64,000 nt of DNA from Eledone cirrhosa (lineage: Eukaryota). A model generated the notes under the pieces. It saw only the letters and a program-made list of their open reading frames with translations. It was not told the DNA's origin and did not search any database. Numbering within the stretch: the first letter of the stretch is position 1; every line of letters starts with the position of its first letter. Positions 25,131 through 38,244 of the stretch are shown piece after piece. Where the stretch lies: assembly GCA_964016885.1 (NCBI GenBank), contig OZ024747.1, positions 60,698,001-60,762,000 on the forward strand. Direction: 5' to 3'. A program made the translations under genes and the position numbers.

Positions 25131-25557
25131 GGTAGGATCAATCCATGGCCCAATATAACAACACCACCTGGTCCTTGGGTACCTTTAGCAGAGTCTGCTA
25201 TGTTGCAACCAATTGAACTGAAGATAGCTTCTTCCCCCATTTCCATCAATCTAGGAAGCCCTGAAAGAGGCCATAGGCACTGAGTATCCCTCCCTAACAA
25301 AAAGGTGTTTTTTACAAAAAAGAGTGGAGGTAGATAAGCTGGAATGCTCTAAATTCCTTCTTTGACACAATGATTTACCATAATGATAAATCTTTTAATA
25401 CCAAGCCACCTGATACACCGAAGTTCTACAATAGAAAATTGTTTACCATTATCATCTTTTAACGTCCACTTTCCCAGCTAACAAGTTTGGATGGGTCTAC
25501 ATAACCTCCAAGATAGGCCGAGAGGTCTGCACCTTGCTTATGTATGGCCATATGTTA

Positions 25558-26698
25558 TCTATGTTACTAAAACAGAGAATGTCTGTCTGTCCAATCACTA
25601 AAACTCGAGAACCACCCAAATCTTTAATGCCCTAGGGACTGCATTAGGCAATGTAGCGATCTCTCTCTATAATTCTTAGTCTTTCTCTTTTTAGATAGAT
25701 ACATAGATATAACGTCGCGCCCTTATAATTGTTTCTACGTTAGGCACAAGGCCAGCAAGTACCCAGTGCATTACTGGTACTTTATTTTATCGACCCCGTA
25801 AGGATGAAAGGCAAAGTTAACCTTGGCGGGATTTGAACTCAGAAAGGCAAAGGCCGTAACTCTATACGTCAAAGCATGGCGTCCGACCCTCTACCGATAC
25901 TGCCAATCCACCGCCCTTATAATATGTGTCTGTATGCCTGATGTCTGCATTACGTCATTATGACGGGATCAGTGTGTGTGTGTATATGTATATATAGTGT
26001 GTGTATATATATATATATTATTATGCCAGGGAACGTCTTCACGAACCAAAGTATCGTCTTCCTGTTTTTCTTCGGTTGCAACGTTTTTCGAAATATTTAC
26101 ATCTGCGTTCACAGATTGATTTTTTTTCAGAAGATCGCGTTAAGGGAGAAAGCAACGATTCTTTGCTTAAACTTTAATATGTTATTTTAATATATATATT
26201 CGAGTACAGATATTTTTGCATACACAAACACAAAATATAAACATAAAAGGACGGCGATTACATAATCACATGCATGATTGACAGATATTTTTGCATACAC
26301 AAAAACATTTCGAAATATTTACTTCTGCGTTCACAGATTAATTTTTTTAGTTTCAGAAGATCCCGTTAAGGGTGAAAGCAGCGATTCTTTGCTTAAACTT
26401 TAATCTGCTATTTTAATATATATATATATATAATTATATATTCGTGTACAGATATTTTTGCATACACAATAACAAAACAGATATTTTTGCATACACAATA
26501 ACAAAACAGATATTTTTGCATACACAATAACAAAACAGATATTTTTGCATACACAATAACAAAACAGATATTTTTGCATACACAATAACAAAATATAAAC
26601 AAACGTATTTATTTCACGAGGCTCGATAAGGAAAAATATATATCAAATATATAAGAACCCTAGAGCAAATCCCGAGCAACGCCAGACCATTCTGCTAG
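25558..26698 (+). mobile_element. Non-autonomous Helitron
   Basis: A|TC 5' end, subterminal GC hairpin (CCCGAGCAACGCC) and CTAG|T 3' end. A homologous inverted copy lies at 37396-38043. Confidence 0.75.
25728..25915 (-). mobile_element. SINE family A nested in the Helitron, with TSD
   Basis: CGCCCTTATAAT at 25718-25729 and 25912-25923. The empty site is seen in the second Helitron copy. Confidence 0.9.
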
Positions 26699-26959
26699 TA
26701 TTTATCTAAAAATAGTCCATAATTTTATTTGTGAATCATCATTAAGTTATATTTCAGAGAATTATATTACTAAATTTCTCCAAACTTTTGATAATCTTAA
26801 CAATTATCTGAAAATCAGGTAGAGCCGCTACTTCTCTGAATTGAATGATCACATCTCCAATGCTATGGGCATATGGTTAGAATGTCTTAAGAAAGAATCA
26901 CTGAGTAGATTTTACAGACAAAACCAACCAGCAGGATGCTATGAGCAAGATGGTTGAAT

Positions 26960-27993
<1,034 letters not shown>

Positions 27994-27994
27994 T

Positions 27995-28177
27995 GTGGAT
28001 TGGCAGTATCGGTAGAGGGTCGGACGCCATGCTTTCCAGCATAGTTACGTCCCTTTACGATCTGAGTTCAAATCCCGCCGAGGTTAACTTTGCCTTTCAT
28101 CCTTACGGGGGTCGATAAAATAAAGTACCAGTGATGCACTGGGTGATTGCTGGCCCCTTGTGCCTAAAGTAGAAACA

Positions 28178-28218
<41 letters not shown>

Positions 28219-28390
28219 CATTGGATTGGCAGTATCGGTAGAGTTACGCCCCTTTACAGTCTGAGTTCAAATCCCGCCGAGGTTAACTTTGCCGTTCATT
28301 CTTACGAGGTCGATAAAATAAAGTACCAGTGATACTCTGGGATATTTGCTGGTCTTGTGCCAAAAGAAGAAACAATTATTATTATTACCA
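27995..28390 (+). mobile_element. Two tandem SINE family A copies
   Basis: Heads at about 27995 and 28222, each inserted after an (ATT)n tail. Confidence 0.85.
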
Positions 28391-28633
28391 TTGATATGAT
28401 GGTTGAGGCAATTAGAGAAGTGAACTCACAGCAGATGGTACTGAAATAGTAGACACTGTTGATTGTAGTTTCAATATTAGAAAAACCATAATCCAATAGT
28501 TAACTAAGTGCATGCCACTAAGTGCTAAAAGTAAGTATATATAAGTTATTTGTACTGGCTTCCATAGATAAGGCAGCAAGTATGGTAGAGATTAATGAAC
28601 AAAATGTATATTATGTAGAGATAATCTTTGTTG

Positions 28634-28690
<57 letters not shown>

Positions 28691-29224
28691 TGTATAAATA
28701 TATATATATATATGTATGCAAGCATATGTACAAGCATATGTACAAGCAGACAGTCCTATGCGAGCAAGACAATCACTCTTGCCTCAAGTGGGACTACCCC
28801 CGTCCAAACCCATGCAAGCGTGGAACACGGACGTTAAACGTTGATGATGATGATGATGATGATGATATATATATACATATATATGCACACATACACACAC
28901 ATGTATATATATATTTTTTATATAGTGTATGTACTATGTTCCAAGATAAGATGTAGCCAGACCATTATGTAATGTGGTAGTGCTGTTGCTATGGTAAAAA
29001 GCACCCTGTCCATCCTGTAAAGTGGTTGTGCTGAAGTGAAGATAAAATTCTTCCAGTGCATGGTGTAAAGTGTTTGGTGTCTGGTGTCTAGTCACAGAAG
29101 TCAAGTCACTTGACTAGTCTAGCCTCGGTATATGGCAGTTCTTTAACACCTATGCAAGCATACAAAATAAACATTAAAAGGTGATGATATACGCTCACAT
29201 ATACATACATACATTTATACATAC

Positions 29225-29497
29225 ATCATCATCATCATCATCATCAACGTTTAACGTCCGTGTTCCACGCTTGCATGGGTTTGGACGGGGGTAGTCCCAC
29301 TTGAGGCAAGAGTGATTGTCTTGCTCGCATAGGACTGTCTGGCAGGTTTTCTACAGCTGGATGCCCTTCCTAACACCAACCACATTTACAGTGTGGGTCT
29401 GGGAGGTTTTTACCGTGTTGCCTACACGGCTACATTACAGCGTGGACTGTGTGTTTTTTTTGTTGTGACACCTACACGATCTCATTTGTTTCGGCCT
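29225..29497 (-). mobile_element. SINE-like family B (young subfamily)
   Basis: Near-identical to 14250-14530. A partial + copy lies at 28745-28865. Confidence 0.8.
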
Positions 29498-29510
29498 GAT
29501 ATAATGTGTG

Positions 29511-29541
<31 letters not shown>

Positions 29542-29697
29542 TATATAAATATATGTGTGTCTGTATATATATATACGTGTGTATATATACAGACACATAT
29601 ATTTATAACACACACACACACACACATATATATACATGTGTGTGTGTATGTTATAAATATGTGTGTCTGTATATATATATATATATATGTGTGTCTG

Positions 29698-29730
<33 letters not shown>

Positions 29731-29761
29731 ATATATATATGTGTGTGTGTGTATATATATA

Positions 29762-29792
<31 letters not shown>

Positions 29793-30161
29793 GTGAGTAT
29801 GTGTATATATACACAGAGGGAGAGAGAGAGAGAGAGAGATGTCAAATCCCAATCGCGGTTCTGCGGTCGGAATTTTACATATCTCTATACCCACTCTGCA
29901 TCTCCCCATGCATTGAGTACTCCCATGATTAGTGGTCTCCCCGGTCTCAGCACCACAGACTCTCTCCTCATCCCTCTGTGTTAACAACATCCTATAAAAC
30001 CTTGTCCAAGAATGTGCATTAACAAGCCCCCTAACTTCAGGCAACACCTTCTCTATCTTATCCACCAGGGCTGCGAGGTGGCCATTGCTTATAATAGTGA
30101 GAAATGGGGAGAGGGAAGGAGGCAGTGACAGTGGGAGTTTGGTTCCATTTGTTCGGACCTG

Positions 30162-30199
<38 letters not shown>

Positions 30200-30202
<3 letters not shown>

Positions 30203-30670
30203 GATAAATCTACCAAGAGTTTACGGTAGTGTCCAATCCGTATGAAGAACTCAATGTAATCCAGATATCATGGAAAGAAGAGATGCAATGAAAAATCACT
30301 TTCGGTAAAAGATAAACGGAATACAGAGTCAAGATAAAATATTTAAAAAATAATGAATAAAACAATGAAACAGTTCCTTATATTAAACAAAAAAAGTTCA
30401 TTATTTAACGATCGTTTCTGGGATATATATGTGTTAGAATTGGCATGTATATTTAATAATTATTTCTGAAGAAGGCATATATATGAGTTGGTATGATATT
30501 TAATTTTGATAGTTTGTATAATTTTGTATAATTTTGTACATAGATCTGTTGAATATGCATGCCAATTCTAACACATATATATCCTAGAAACGATCGTTAA
30601 ATAATGAACTTTTTTTGTTTAATATAAGGAACTGTTTCATTGTTTTATTCATTATTTTTTTAATATTTTA
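30200..30670. mobile_element. PLE-type foldback fragment, family 2, in (TA)n
   Basis: About 30345-30455 is inverted relative to about 30550-30665, and the element contains a hammerhead motif. Confidence 0.65.
30459..30605 (+). ncRNA. Type I hammerhead-like motif with a very long stem II
   Basis: ATTATTT-CTGAAGA(30466)-[114-nt hairpin]-GAAA(30587)-CGATCG-TT-AAATAAT. Stem I is ATTATTT/AAATAAT and stem III is the palindrome ACGATCGT. Confidence 0.6.
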
Positions 30671-31744
30671 TATATATATATATATATTTATTTATTACAC
30701 AACGTACAATGACACAGATAAGAGTCAAAGTTCACAAAACCCTCACCTGGTTATTAATTCTACTGTACTTTAATATTTGAATAGGAAATATTACAAACCA
30801 TTAATATGGTTTAAGACATTTTATATAAACTGGAGGCAAAAGGCATATTATCAACACAGCTCCTAATTCCCTAATCAAGATCATTAGATTGTACACCATA
30901 CAAACTTCTACAATATTACCTGCCACTTTACCCACCAGCACAGTTTTATACCATTCATAGAACTAACTTAAATATTGCTCTACCTGAGGCCTATAATATA
31001 TAAATGTCCTCCACCTTCCACCTTATCCAACTTCCTTATGATGATCATGATGATGATGATGATGATTTAGTAGCAACTATATTGTAAAGAAATCTCTATA
31101 TTTGAAATAACGTAGAATTATGAAAGAAATATCCACAGAGATTTCTTCTTGTATAATTAAATGTCTGAGTATACAAAGAATGGTGTTCTTTATTAACAAA
31201 TAAACATTATATACAAATTAGAACAGATTTTAGTTAACACAGAATAGTAAACATTTAGACTGTTGTTGATATTGTTGTTGTTCATTCTGTGGATATTGTA
31301 AATAAGCAGATAAAATAAATAATTTAGCACATACTAACATAGATGACTTTAGCATTTCATTCTCGAAGTAGATAATTTATTTATTGGCAAGGCAAATGAA
31401 TGGCTAGATTTCACCTATTTCAAGATAAAGATAATTATATATTTATCTCTCTGCAAACATTTAAAACTTATTGCAAGATTAGGAGACAAATACAATTAAA
31501 TACCATTTTAAAAGTTAACTCGGAGAAGCTAAAGAAAATATATTTAATTTACCAGTTTCTAGTCAAGCCTTGACAAATCTAATTAAATAACTGTAAAATA
31601 AAAGCAGGAATTGGAAAGAAAGAAAAAACAATACAATATTTAACCCTTATTGAATTTGACAGTGTTTATGGTCGTAGCTTTTTGTCTAAAAACTACCAGA
31701 TTTTGGAACACTCTTTCATCTCATTGTTTTTTTTACTTTCATAG

Positions 31745-32110
31745 CATGTAAGATAAAGCCTTTGCCATCTCACATAATATCAAATCTATGAGATTTTGTT
31801 AATATTTATTTTGAGAATACCTTAACATCAGTATGAATGACCAGTTATGGCCAGTTTGAACAGAAAGAGACTAGAAAATTCTGACCAGATATAAATGGTT
31901 TAAATGTTAAAGGGTTAATGTCAGTAGAGCAGCTGTTATGGCTGGTTTGAGCAGAAAGGGATGAGAGAATTCTGGCTAGATACAACCAGTTTATAGAGAT
32001 TTTGATAATATTTATTTTGAGAATAATACCTTAACATCAGTAAGAATGGCCAATTATGGCCAATTTGAACAGAAGGAGATGAGAGAATTCTGGCTGGACA
32101 TGGCTATGTT
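31745..32110 (-). mobile_element. TTAA/piggyBac-type MITE fragments
   Basis: Reverse-complement homology to the MITE body, with the end TAAATGTTAAAGGGTTAA at about 31901-31918. Confidence 0.65.
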
Positions 32111-32389
32111 AAAGGAAATTTATTCCTTTTGTCTTGATTTCTCCTTCTTTATAATCCCTTACACTAAATGGTTTCACACCTTCTTTGGTATTTTGAAGAA
32201 GAAAAAATAGTTTTAACATGGATGTTTGGTAGGCAGAGAATAGGCAGAGTCATCAGGTCATCAGATTAAATGGCAGCATTATGTATTTTGAGTTCAAATC
32301 TCACAGAGGTCAACAACGCCTTTCATCCTTTTTAAGTCAATAAATAAATTATTGGTCCAGTACTAGAATCAAATCTCTTTCTCTCCCTG

Positions 32390-32580
32390 TCACTCCTCCC
32401 TCCCCTCTCTCTTCCCTTCTCTCTCCTCCCTCCCCTCTCTCTTCCCTTCTCTCTCCTCCCTCCCCTCTCTCTTCCCTTCTCTCTCCTTCCTCCCCTCTCT
32501 CTTCCCTTCTCTCTCCTCCCTCCCCTCTCTCTTCCCTTCTCTCTCCTCCCTCCCCTCTCTCTTCCCTTCTCTCTCCTCCT
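32390..32580. repeat. 30-bp pyrimidine minisatellite
   Basis: ctcctccctcccctctctcttcccttctct repeated about 6 times. Confidence 0.9.
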
Positions 32581-33247
32581 TTCTCTCTTCCCACTCCCTC
32601 CTCTCTCTTTGTAGATGGTCTCAAGAGTATCTCTGGGCTATAGGTTTATTCAAAAGTACCCCTAAACTGTAGGTGTGCTCAAGAGTACCTCTGGGTTATA
32701 GATTTATACATAAGTACCCCCAAAGAGCTCTTCCCAACTATAGGTATTTCTCAAGAGTACCTCTGGGCTATAGGTTTATTTAAAAGTACTTCTGGGTAAT
32801 AGATATATCTCACAATTGTTGGTGTTTTCAAGCATGCTTTACAAAGTCTATGAAAGGGTACCCCCCCCCCCACCCCACCACCATCTACTACTTCTGCCTT
32901 AAGCTTACCAAGTGCTATGTTAGTATGTGTAGTTGTAGTTCTGGACACAATAGGAATGATATTTAGTGAGAACAATACTTGACTAGCATTGAAATATACT
33001 GCCATATGTCTTTTCATAAAATTGGTTACAGCACTTCTCATAGACTTTATATAGTTAGATTAAGAGGTGGTGAGGATGTTGTAGATATGGTAGAAGATAA
33101 ATAAGTTGATGTATGTTGTGTGCAGAGGGGGTGACAAGATCACAGTGAAAAGTTGTTGCAATACCATTTTTGATGCACATAAATTTGCTACAGTTGAGCA
33201 ATCTCTCTGGTGAAGTTACAGCTAGTCTGGTATCCTATTGTCTGGGA

Positions 33248-33320
<73 letters not shown>

Positions 33321-33669
33321 TAGATAAAGAGAGATAAAGAGATTGATAGAGACAGACATATGGACAGAGACAGAGACAGATAGACAGTCAAAGAGAGAAC
33401 ATTCACAAGACCATGAAATAAATCAGGTTACATTAGATATCTTATAATATTACATAGTGTAGGAAATTTAAAACTGTCTCATTTATCATAACACACTTCA
33501 CAATACATGTGAACATTCACACACTAATGTTATATTTCGAATTTGATGTATTTTTTAGCAAATTAAATAGTGGTGCTCATTTAAAGAATGTGCTCTCAGT
33601 ACACCCCCACTGTATTGGCTTCAAAAGAAACATTAGTTTAATTGTTGTCTTCCTGTTTCTTCTACAACT

Positions 33670-34240
33670 ATAATGGTACGCGATGGGCCCCATCCACAGC
33701 CCCGGTGGACAGAATGGAGAAGGCGTTTCCCCGGAGGACAGCAAGGGAGACGCGCTGGAAAAGCCAATCCAGCTCGCGGGGCTCACACCTGCGGCTGGCC
33801 AGCTCAGCGCCTATGGTGGTGAGTAAGGAGGTAGGCCGAGGAAAGCAGAAGTCTCCACTGCCAGGGGTACGACCGCAAACCTGTCGGATAGCGACCAGTA
33901 TTTGAGGAGATTGGCCCTCTCAGCCCGACGTGCAGAAAGTGTCGGTGCAAGTGGCATCCCAGACGAGGGGTTTGCCACTACGGAACGGGAAGATGGTCAT
34001 GCCATCGGGCCTTTTGCCATCCCCTCGATCCAGCCCCACCGGCTCGAGCTGGGAAGAGAAGCCTGCAGCATCCAAGCCATGCTTAATGACCTCGTTGAGG
34101 GCAGCATGGCGTGGAATACGGCCGGCACTGTGGCGACAGGAAAGCGGGTGGAGGCCAAAAGAGTCCATGGTGGAACCACAGCGACATTGGTGTGGCTGGC
34201 AGATCCGAAGGTCGAGCCTAAGGGAAACTCCAATCTGTTT
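33670..34240 (-). pseudogene. CRE-clade non-LTR retrotransposon C-terminal fragment (CCHC plus PD-(D/E)xK restriction-like endonuclease), frameshifted
   Basis: GC-rich island translating as [39 protein letters not shown]...[16 protein letters not shown]...WDATCTDT, then AE....KY..L...PLAVETS and WLFQRVSLAVLRGNAFSIL. Confidence 0.8.
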
Positions 34241-34599
34241 TAAATTTTAATTCTCCAATATTGGGGTAATATTTGTTTTGTGACTTTAATACACCAGCAC
34301 AATCATCCTCTCCTTTCACCATTTATGGCTAGTAACCAAGTCTTTGATGAAATAATATCTACCTACTATGGAAATATGTCCAGTCATTACTGGATGACAT
34401 TAGAACATGGAAATAATACATTGTTGTTTGTAGACCACCAACAGAACTCATGGAATTGGTTCAACAGCACCAGGACAGAGGAGACAAACGTACAGCAGAT
34501 ATACCCTCAATGAACCACAGATCTAGCATTCTCTCCAAACTGTGGAGGTATGGCTGAACAGGCTCTGTATTGGTGTTGTAGACATCAAAATGTTGCTCC

Positions 34600-35245
34600 T
34601 CAGTAGCCATGAAATATTGTCACTCAGTAGCTCTGAAATATTGTCATTCAGTAGCTCTGAAATGTGGTCACAGATTAGCTATGAAAGGTGGTCACTCAGT
34701 AGATTAGAAATGTGGTCAGTCACTTTCTATTAAATCTGGTCACACAATAGCTTTGACAGGTGATCTCTCAGTAGCTATGAAATGTGGTCAGTCACTTTCT
34801 ATGAAATGTGGTCACACATTAGCTATGAAATGTGGTCACATGTTAGCTATGGAATGTGGTCACACATTTGCTATGAAATGTGGTCACTCACTAGCCATGA
34901 AATGTGGCCACTCAGTAAATATGAAATGGGGCCACTCACTAATTATGTAATGTGGTCACACAGTAGCTATGAAATGTGGTCACTCACTAGCTATGAAATA
35001 TGGTCACTCACTAGCTATGAAATATGGCCACTCACTAGCTATGAAATATGGCCACTCACTAGCTATGAAATATGGCCACTCACTAGCTATGAAATATGGC
35101 CACTCACTAGCTATGAAATATGGCCACTCACTAGCTATGAAATATGGCCACTCACTAGCTATGAAATATGGCCACTCACTAGCTATGAAATATGGCCACT
35201 CACTAGCTATGAAATATGGCCACTCACTAGCTATGAAATGTGGTA
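34600..35245. repeat. 24-bp minisatellite, degenerate at left and homogeneous at right
   Basis: Unit agctatgaaatatggccactcact. Confidence 0.95.
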
Positions 35246-35619
35246 ATGCAGTAACTTTGAATTTAAAATACTTTAGTTGAAATCCTCAAATATCCTGTTC
35301 AGTTGTTGGAGTAAATAAAAGGAATGTTGGTGAACACCCTTCAGGAGTTTTGCATTTTAATGCATTCTTTATGTATACGAGCATCAAATACTGGCAATCC
35401 ACCAACCTTTTGATGAAATCCAAACTTAGAAAGATCTGGCCAATTTAACTCTGTACAATTTGGATAAGGAATCCCACCCTGAGACAAAAATGATGCTGTA
35501 CAACAACCAAGGTGAGGACATTTGTCTGAATAAACCAGCTTATATTGAATTCCTAAATATTGTGATTTTTATGGAATTATTTACTGTTACATTGTATGTT
35601 AGTCTTATAATGATATATA

Positions 35620-36010
35620 TATATAATGAAAATTATTGTGTATAGTGTTCAGGTGCACTACAACTCATCAAAGGTGTATGTACAGTACATAGAATAATGT
35701 ACAAATGTCAGCAAAGTGAACAGTCTTCTAACTGTATAGTTGATACCAAGAGACTCTTGACTGATTGCTTGATGATAAACTAATTACATATGAATACTTA
35801 GGTTCCATATTAAATTCTTGTTAATGTTGAGCCAAGCTTTAATGAATCAAAGTCATAAAGAAGTAACATCTTATCTACACAGAAGACAGTCACAATAAAC
35901 TGATAGCAGCATAATTATGAGTAGTTTATTGGTACAGTAAGGTACACTATAGTTTTACATCACTGAATTTGGAATGGAGAAAGAGAGTGATGGAGAGAGA
36001 GAGAGAGAGA
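35620..36010 (-). mobile_element. Near-identical inverted copy of 27600-27993 (LINE 3' UTR-like)
   Basis: Reverse-complement match over about 390 bp with only a handful of mismatches, ending in (GA)n. Confidence 0.85.
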
Positions 36011-36957
36011 GAGAGAGACACACACACAGATAGATATATGGAGAGAGGAGGAGAGAGAGTCAGAGATGAAAAGAGAGAAAGAGAGAGAGAGAAGACAGAC
36101 TCAGAAAGAGACAGAGAAAGACAGAGATAGAGACAGATGAAGAGAGAGACAGAGGAAGAGAGAGACAGATGAAGAGAGAGAATCAGAGACAGAGACAGAC
36201 ATATATTCTTTCAAAGATATATTTTCTTGCTATAAAGCAGTCATGGGTAAACTGTGGCCTGCAAGCCTCATTCAGCCCATTTGGCACATAATTTCAAAAT
36301 TGCCTTGAAACTTTTAGTAGTGCTGCCTAGGGTGTCTCTATATGATGAGACACCCTATGCGGCCCACACCTAAAAAATGTTGCCCATGCCTGCTATAAAG
36401 GATGGAGAGGAAAGTATAGCAGTAGTCCTCACCTTGATAGTTATAATAGTAATATTTGAATTATTTTATCTTATAACATTCTTTAGGTACCACTTGTATT
36501 TAGCAATATTCTCAGAATTTCATAGCTAACATTTTATTCAGACTACGGGAATAGAATATTCTTATTCTGTTGTCCATGATCAGTATATCCTCATATTAAT
36601 TGATTATGATGCTGATAATTATGATGCTGATTGCTTGTTCCACTTAAATTAAGGTGTTTGTGTATATATGGAATGAATAGTATTGACCTTAATATACCAA
36701 AACCATAGTGATTTCCAGAGAATTTCTGAGAAATTTTCATCTTTCTGTTGTTTTTTTCCATTGTCTTTGCCCTGTATGCTCTCTATTTTGAATATATATA
36801 TATATCATCATCATCATATATATTTATATATATATATATATATGTAGTAGGTGTTTAGTGTATTTAAGAGTGATTCTAAGAAATTTTGGGCAGTTAGTTT
36901 CAGTATATATATATTAATATCAATAAATGGAAAATATCTTTATAATACCATATTGAT

Positions 36958-37011
36958 TTTATTATACATATTTCAAGGACACAAAATTTTAGTGTGCTTT
37001 CATCAGATAAA
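36958..37011 (-). ncRNA. Type I hammerhead ribozyme motif
   Basis: Reverse complement reads TTTAT-CTGATGA-AAGCACAC-loop-GTGTCCTT-GAAA-TATGTA-TA-ATAAA. Confidence 0.65.
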
Positions 37012-37235
37012 TTATATTTGGTGTTAAGGTATTAACATACATTAGTGCAAACTTAATAGTATAAGCCCACTATCGGCAGTGAGGTAAAAATTCAAAATCA
37101 CAAGGGATATAAGTTAACAAGGATACATTAAAACAGAAAAGGACTGTTATAGACGCTAAATAAATTTTGAAAAAATAGTGTACTTATATTGGTCATGTGG
37201 CGGTCGTTAGAGGGTGAAATATTAGTGTAGAATTA

Positions 37236-37278
<43 letters not shown>

Positions 37279-37395
37279 ATACATACAGATATATACATGA
37301 GTGTAGAAGAATCACATATTTTAACATATAATTTAAGAATGTAAATCTAATTATATTGGTTATATAAAAAAAAAGTATTGCATTGTAGTATATTA

Positions 37396-37553
37396 CTAGC
37401 AGAATGGCCCGGCGTTGCTCGGGATTTGCTCTAGGGTTCTTATATATTTGATATATATTTATCCTTATCAAGCCTCGTGAAATAAATACGTTTGTTTATA
37501 TTTTGTTATTGTGTATACAAAAATATCTGTACACGAATATATAATTATATATA

Positions 37554-37603
<50 letters not shown>

Positions 37604-38043
37604 TAACAAATTAAAGTTTAAGCAAAGAATGGCTGCTTTCACTCTTAACGGGATCTTCTGAAACCAAAAAAATCAATCTCTGGACGTAGAAGTAAATATT
37701 TCAAAAAACGTTACACACACTATATATATATATATATATATATATACCCACACTATATATATATATATATATATATATACACCCACACTATATATACATA
37801 CACACACACACACACACACACAGCTACATCATAATGTCGTAATGCAGACAGTCAGACATACAGACAGATATTATAAGGGCGCAACGTTATATCTATGTAT
37901 CTATCTAAAAAGAGAAAGACTAAGAATTATAGAGAGAGATCGCTAAATCGCCTAATGCAGTCCCTAGGGCATTGAAAATTTTGGTGGTTTTGAGTTTTAG
38001 TGATTGACAGACAGACAGGAATTCTCTGTTTTATATATATAGA
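37396..38043 (-). mobile_element. Non-autonomous Helitron (second copy)
   Basis: On the minus strand: A|TCTATATATATAAAACAGAGAAT...CCCGAGCAACGCCGGG-CCATTCTG-CTAG|T. Confidence 0.8.
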
Positions 38044-38244
38044 TAAGCTACTCATGTATATGGTTAATTATAATAATTTAATAAATTTAATAATTATGTG
38101 AGTAAATATGTAACGTATTTGTCAATTTTATCTATGTAAACAACTATGGGGAAATAACTCTAAATTATATAAGGTCTCAAGTATTGTATTCAAGGTATGT
38201 TTGCGGTAAACTTTTGATAGATATATATGTGCACGTGTGTGTGA

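Noticed and set aside
27995-28080. tRNA gene
   Set aside because: A and B boxes belong to multi-copy SINE heads; there is no full cloverleaf and the sequence continues into SINE core and tail.
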